A stretch of DNA of 54,946 bases, the filler included, from Sphacelaria rigidula (taxonomy: Eukaryota), in assembly GCA_964200075.2 (NCBI GenBank). It is 2 parts of 2 records of this genome, joined end to end, with 100 filler letters (N's around TTAATTAATTAA, not from the genome) between each part and the next. Parts side by side here need not be neighbours in the genome. Positions count along the whole stretch, not along the records: positions 27,543 to 54,946 come from CAXNAA020000118.1; 1 more part is not named here. One strand, 5' to 3'. Positions 49,001 through 54,946 of this stretch are shown in pieces. The notes below the pieces were generated by a model that did not search any database, was not told where the DNA came from, and saw only the letters and a list, made by a program, of their open reading frames with translations. Position numbers and translations under genes: made by a program. Numbering within the stretch: the stretch's first letter is position 1; each line of letters opens with the position of its first letter.

Positions 49001-52000
49001 GTAACCCGCAAACATTTTGTAAGCCGCAGATATTTTGTAACCCACAGACATTTGGCTGTCAGCCATCGGTCTTTCAGAGAGCGTAGAGCAAACTTTTATG
49101 TTACCCGTAGAGCTCCCGTCGTTCGCCAGTTGCCCCTCGAGAGTTGACTGACGAGCTGATTTATCTCACATTCGCTGATTGTCGTCGAATTCAGCTGTTG
49201 AGAAAAGCTGAAAAATCTGCAACCGGGATCGAAGGGGTGGCTTTCGCCACGAGACCGCAACTCTCCGTTCTGTCATTCTAGTTCTACTCACCGCCACGGG
49301 ACACTTCACGACATGCACTTGGCAATCGTTTGATTTTCGTTGCTTTCGTGTCTCTCTCTCTCAGCGTTACTTCGACCCACGCTTGGTGCGTTCTGCATAA
49401 AATTTGAACAGGCGATTCAAGGCGTTAGAGCACCTTGTCAAGCTCTACTTTCGGCTGAAGGAATTCGACCACATGCTCCAGGTGTGCTTTCAAAGCGTGT
49501 AATATGTTGTGATTATTGTTTTCTCTGCACTCTCTTTGTGCAGCTTTCCCGCGTGTCTCCGATCCCTTCGACTATATCCGGATGGTTTCTAAGCTCACCA
49601 AGAGTTCCAAATTGCTTTAGAATAATGTGGAAACACTTCTGGGTGTACCGCTTCACCGGATTTGTCACATGTCAAGCTGTTCGCTGCCGAGCGCTAGGCC
49701 ACAGCGCAGAGGTGATGATTTTGCGGGGGCCACTGTGTTATGGAGAATTTTCTACTGATTGTTTGACGCCTGTACTGCCCTTCGGTACATCAACCCCTTC
49801 TGCCACTTACTGTTCATCATTTTCGCTGCCATATTGCTGAAATCGGTTGGGCGGGCAAATTACCGCCAAACTGTTTGGTTGTCAGCGCTACAAGGAGCTG
49901 CTAACGCATGTGAGCGCCGTGACAAGAAACGAGAGCTCGGATAGCGTGAACGGTATCTTGGATACCGTGTCTGTCTCGGAAGACTTGCGCATGGTGAGTG
50001 GATGCATGCGTGTATGAAAAACAGCTTTCGGGTGGCAGTTTTCTATCGGCGGACGATAGCCATAGCGCATCTTGACTTTGGAAAGGCATACTCTATGCCA
50101 TTGGTGGTCTGCCTCGAGCAATCGGAGTGCTGGCGTGAAATGAGTTTTGTTTATTGCGCTCCTACTTCGATACAGACACCTACCTCCCTGTTTCCGACCC
50201 CAGTGACCCATCACCGTCTCGTATAATAGATAGAACAGATTAAGATTTTACTCTTCATCGTGTAAGTTGAGAATTTTACGACTTTCGGAGGGTGAATGTG
50301 TTTGTAAGATACGTTGGTGTACGTTACTTACTGGTGTCCAGCACTCGGGAGCTCACCGTTCGCTGTATGCGAGAAGTGAAAAAATGAAAGATCGACATAT
50401 CATTGGGTCAACACCTTATTGCAGAACGTGCAGCGCATGGGGAAGTGTGCGGACGACCCATTCGGGGTACTGTATCTCCGTGTGTTTTTTATTGGCAAGC
50501 AGTCACAGCAAAGTGCAGCGCATGTGACTTCCGAAGGCCTATCTTGTTTCAACATTTTGACGGGGGGGGGGTCAGTACCGCGAGCACAGCGCATTGCGAC
50601 TGACAGGCCCTTTTCAGTATAGCTTCCTTTGCTAGAAGGTTGTCGTTACAGGAGAGAATATCAAAAGGGTGAGGGATCCATCTCCTCTGGATGTACGATC
50701 AGCAGTGGTGTTCTCGCGAAGAGAATATCTGAAATAGAGAGTGTATACCTGCCATAGCGTGAAAAGGGTCCGACCCATCCAACAGCAGGGTCACTCGGAG
50801 CAAGACCCAGCGACAGGAATCGTTCACAAGATGTGCATGTCGCTGCATAGACCCTCATTTTTCCCCCCCATGTCTGTATTATTCATATATATATATATAT
50901 ATTATCCACTCTTTTTTTTTTTTTATTTTTTTTCAAATGTAAGTGATGAACGTATGGGACTTGTACTCAACTGAGAAAGATCATATGTTGACCAAAAATT
51001 ACGTCAAGCTGGCTAAGGTATGAATGAACGCTTGGCACTCTAGCATATAGCAGGCGGCCTAGAAGCAACCCATTAGGCCGTGCGATTTTGTGATAATTTC
51101 GCCCTTCAGATGTTAGTAGCGATACCCCTGGAGTGTCCAGGAGGATATCAGTGCATGCGCGTAAATCGCGAGGAAGTACGTGTTCCCTTGGACATCGGAG
51201 CTTGGTCGCGTGTACACAATGTACGCAAATCCCCTGAACGACATCCAACGACGTCGCAGTCGGTTTCCGTACAGAAAATAAATGGTCCCCCATTCGGTGG
51301 GATAGCGATAGTGCGTCTCGCCCCCGCCCCATTCCCGCCCTCCCGAGGACGCGCGATCAATCGTGGTCCGACCGCTAGCGCGTGTAGGTATTTCCCACTC
51401 GGGCCCTAAACCCTTTTGGAACAGTTGATGGAGAAGGGAAGATTTACAATCGACGTTTTTTTGGGCAAGATATGGTTGTTTTTCTGCGTTGATGGTGATA
51501 ATGATGATGAAGCCCACCAAAACGGTGCACTGCTATGAGTTCAAGCACACTCATGTGACGGAATCGTGCACCGAACCTGGAGTTTCGTTTTCCCGGTGGC
51601 GAAAAGCTCGCATATGGGAGTTTGTAAATCGTCACTTTTCTATCAACGGTTCCAAATGGGTTACACGCGTTTATGTAGATTTTTAATGCGGATGCACATG
51701 TTGTAGGATGTTGATGTCGAGAGGGAGATAGCCGTGAGCATCATCAAACTATGTGACTGCACGAGACCGACCCACCCGCACTCGCGATCCCTCGCATTTT
51801 TTCGTTCTCACCGCTGGACCTTGGTCAGGTTTACTTGCAGATCCCGGACTACGCAAAGGTTCAGACGACGATAGACGCCCTCCATGACTCGTGCAGGCTG
51901 GCAGACGGGCGAGATGATCCGAGCAAAGGCAACCAGCTGTTGGAGGTGTACGGTATCACGATTCAGCTCTCCACAGCTACCAACAACAGCACCCTTATGA

Positions 52001-54329
52001 AAGAGGTACACGTAATATTTTGATGGTCCATGCATGGTACTAGACCGTTTTTACATTTTTCTCCCTTCCCTGTTCTGGAAGCGTCGAAGCACCCGAAATC
52101 CAACAGAATGGGTAATTTATATTTTTTTCGTAGGAGAAATTGGCACACGCCTTCGATGTCCACCCAGTTGATGAGGATAGCTTCGGTATTCGCCCGATGC
52201 TGCATCCAGCGTATTGGAGGGAATTATCGGCAAAGGTTTGTTCGTCTGAGTGCGTGCGCTCGTTCATGTGTCCCTCATGTTTGCTCCACACTCCACTCAT
52301 CGCTCCAAATCTCATCCTTCGGCTGTTGCTTCGCTTGTTTTGTCCGATGTATCCACACTCTAGGTGTATCCCAAGATTACAGATCTCAACGCTTCCGTGG
52401 AGGACCCGCGTATCATGGGTGTTATTCGAGAACAGGGGGGCAAGGTGAAGCAGGCACAACCATACTGCAGTAGTGTTGACGCACAGTGCCATGCTTACCG
52501 AATCGGCCCTGCGGGCAAAGAGGTAACGCCGTTCAAGACGAGCTTTGAGGTTTTCTCGAGGGAAGGGCAGGAGGGGACAAGTTATTCGTGGGCGCACCGT
52601 AACACCGCTGTTGTTTGTGTGGTGCGGTAAGTTTGCGTGTCTCGGTGGATGCACAATTGCACCGACAAGTGTTATGGTGTATAGTTCATACACAGCTTCA
52701 AGCAAGAAAGTAATCTCGTTCGCTAGTTTTCAGTCGCCACAAAAGGCACTCCTTTTTCAGCTTTTGTTTTACAACACCCCCGATGCTCTCGCGCTGAGTT
52801 TGGCTCCCTTCGTTTCCCCAACTTCGCACGGCACCCGACCCGACCTGCCGTTCCTTATCCTCACTGAACGTGCTCCCTAAATATCACGATATGCAGATGT
52901 ATATGTCTATGGGGAACTGGGGACAGGCATACAATGAGTTCTACGAAGGTTTTCGCAACTACCAGGAGGCGGGAAACCCAAACGCCAAGGTGCGATATTC
53001 TCATGTTATACGTTGAAAATCTTCCGAGGTGTGCAGGTTAGGTTTTCCCCTCACATACTTTGTTGGGCGTTTTTTTTGGCTTGTTTTTGCTGTCGGCGCA
53101 CGTGTTGTAAGTTCACGCGTCTCCCGGGCGGAAGGAACCTTACTTGCCCATGTGCTGTGGTAATAATGGTCCGGGAAAGGAGCGCCTAGGCACTCATGTA
53201 TTTGCTTGCTACAGCCATCTCTGGGCACTTTTCGCCCGTGGGTGTTATGCGGAGACGACTTCTATATCTGGGTTGCGACGGGGAAGGAGATGATCGGCGT
53301 GTTCCCAGGGGCGGTTCAATTTCCAACGTCCATGTATTTACGTACAGTGCGGTGTTGCACAAGACTTGTGCTGGGCAGTGTGTGCATGTGTATGTGTGTT
53401 CCCGCCCGTTCCTGTTCCACTGCTTTACTCTTTTTCCTTTTGAATTTGTTCTTGTTTTTGTTCCGTTTCACTTCTCTCTTCAGTTTGCGGTACCTTTATA
53501 TGTTAGTTTTTTCTATCTTATCCATTCCTCGAGCTTCCTCCAGCTAGTGTTTTCCCTTTTCCTTTCCTGGAACGCAGGGATCAGTTAGTGTGCAGTTACC
53601 GATCAAATAGTCAATCACTGCGCCCCCAGCATCATGGGCACGAGGTCGTTTCGGCACCCCCAGGGCTTTTTCCCCATTATACCGAACATGGAATCGGTTT
53701 CTTATGTGACTTTGGCGTGACATCAGGCGCACCGCTGACATGTACGTACGTGAAAATATCAGGATATGGCAGTTTGTACTGACTGGCGACTGCGAGAGAG
53801 ATGAGAAGAGGGGGGGGGAGGGGGTACTCATTATTTTGCATGCCGTAGTCATCTGACCATTGACCTCGCACCCGTACAAAGTCGGGGCACGCGGGGTTTT
53901 CGCCGGACCATGCTCGCAATCAATCACCAAGCGCGAAGCGCCTTGTGATGTATTCGGTGAGTTGCATGAAGGGTGAGCTACATCCTGCTAAGATTGTTCA
54001 GCCCGAAGCTCACTGGTTATCTTGCATCAGGATGGCAGCCTCCACTGAGTTCCTTCACCTTCTGGTATCGCCACTTTCAGAGACAGCCACGGGTTACACA
54101 CTACCTCATGGGTGTCTCACCATGGGGGGAGGGGGGGAGAGAGGTAGAGACAATTGGAGGCCTTGATCGTTTGTGTGAACACTAGCGTTACTCCCGCCCC
54201 GCTCACCATGTGACACTGTTGTGTACTATCGCTGTCGCTGGTCTTGAAGGTTTGCTTGAAGTATGTCGTGCTGGCGAACATGCTGGACCTTTCGGACATC
54301 AACCCATTTGCGGCCAGGGAAGCAAAAGT
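46019..54329 (+). CDS. CSN2: COP9 signalosome subunit 2, 5' part; continues beyond the window
   Basis: Exons 46019-46034, 48303-48413, 48782-48869, 49412-49481, 49886-49993, about 50944-51017, 51829-52005, 52364-52444, 52897-52989 and 54250-54329. Motifs IENAFY, WRFKAL, AVTRN, DDPSKGNQLLEVY, PRIMGVIREQGGKM and CLKYVVLANML..INPF..EAK. Confidence 0.95.
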
Positions 54330-54940
54330 GTGAGTGAAAATATGCACATGCACGCTTTGTTTTAGGCTCTTGAAATTAACCCTTGGCGATCGGACTCACA
54401 AGGTCAAGCTCCTTGGTGTGCGTGTGGCGCGTGTGCACTCCATAATGCTCGCACGTGCTGCGTACATGCAGAGGCAAAAACGACAAGTGTCGGGATGTTG
54501 AGAACTAATCTTGAATATATATATTATCCCCCGACTACTGACATTTCCATGTGGCCCGTTTCGCCGAAGTTGACGAGAGAAACAGAAGGGAAACACGGAA
54601 TACCAAAAGCCAACATCACAAGAGTGCCCTTACTGGCTCTTTTTTTTTTTTCAGTAAAACGTGTGTGGAGCTACTGCTAGGTCTCTTCGAGGGAACACTT
54701 GCGCAGTCTGCGCGGGTTTATCCGTTACCTGTGTTTGGTCATTCTTTCCGTGTACGACTTGCCCCCCACCCACCCCCCAACCCCCTTGACACCCATGAGG
54801 CAGTGTATGAGCCATGGCTGTCTCTGGAAGTAATAACACCAGAAAATAAAGCAACTTATTCGAGGCTGTCATCCAAAAACAAGATAATCAGTAGGCTTTG
54901 GGCCGAACAATCTTGGCAGGATGCAGCTCACCCTTCATGC
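53964..54940. repeat. Inverted pair of a roughly 153-bp intronic repeat (53964-54116 and 54788-54940)
   Basis: GCATGAAGGGTGAGCT.CATCCTGC.AAGATTGTTC...CCTCATGGGTGTC and its reverse complement. Confidence 0.88.
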
Positions 54941-54946
54941 GGCTCG

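Overview
Eukaryotic genomic DNA, most likely a brown alga (Ectocarpus-like; inferred from intron style and phaeovirus-type genes). An artificial 100-nt scaffold linker (27443-27542) splits it into two halves. LEFT HALF: a decaying giant-virus-like region with ankyrin, RING, HNH, two CoiA-like and one PD-(D/E)XK nuclease genes, mostly pseudogenes, carrying several mobile elements. These are (i) an IS607 element with serine recombinase TnpA, Fanzor2/TnpB and a structured omegaRNA-like right end (2263-4588, minus); (ii) the 5' remnant of an LTR retrotransposon; (iii) an IS4 element with TIRs, an 8-bp TSD, an intact DDE transposase and a Fanzor1 broken by one TGA (7069-10939); (iv) a spliced, roughly 1,900-codon pseudogene joining an OTU-like protease domain, acidic repeats, a Zn finger and a tyrosine recombinase (15152-21225), the best candidate for an undescribed element; and (v) non-autonomous TIR/foldback elements and tandem repeats. 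RIGHT HALF: intron-rich host DNA with an EAF-domain gene and the 5' part of COP9 signalosome subunit 2 (CSN2). All calls are by eye from motifs. No searches or folding programs were run.
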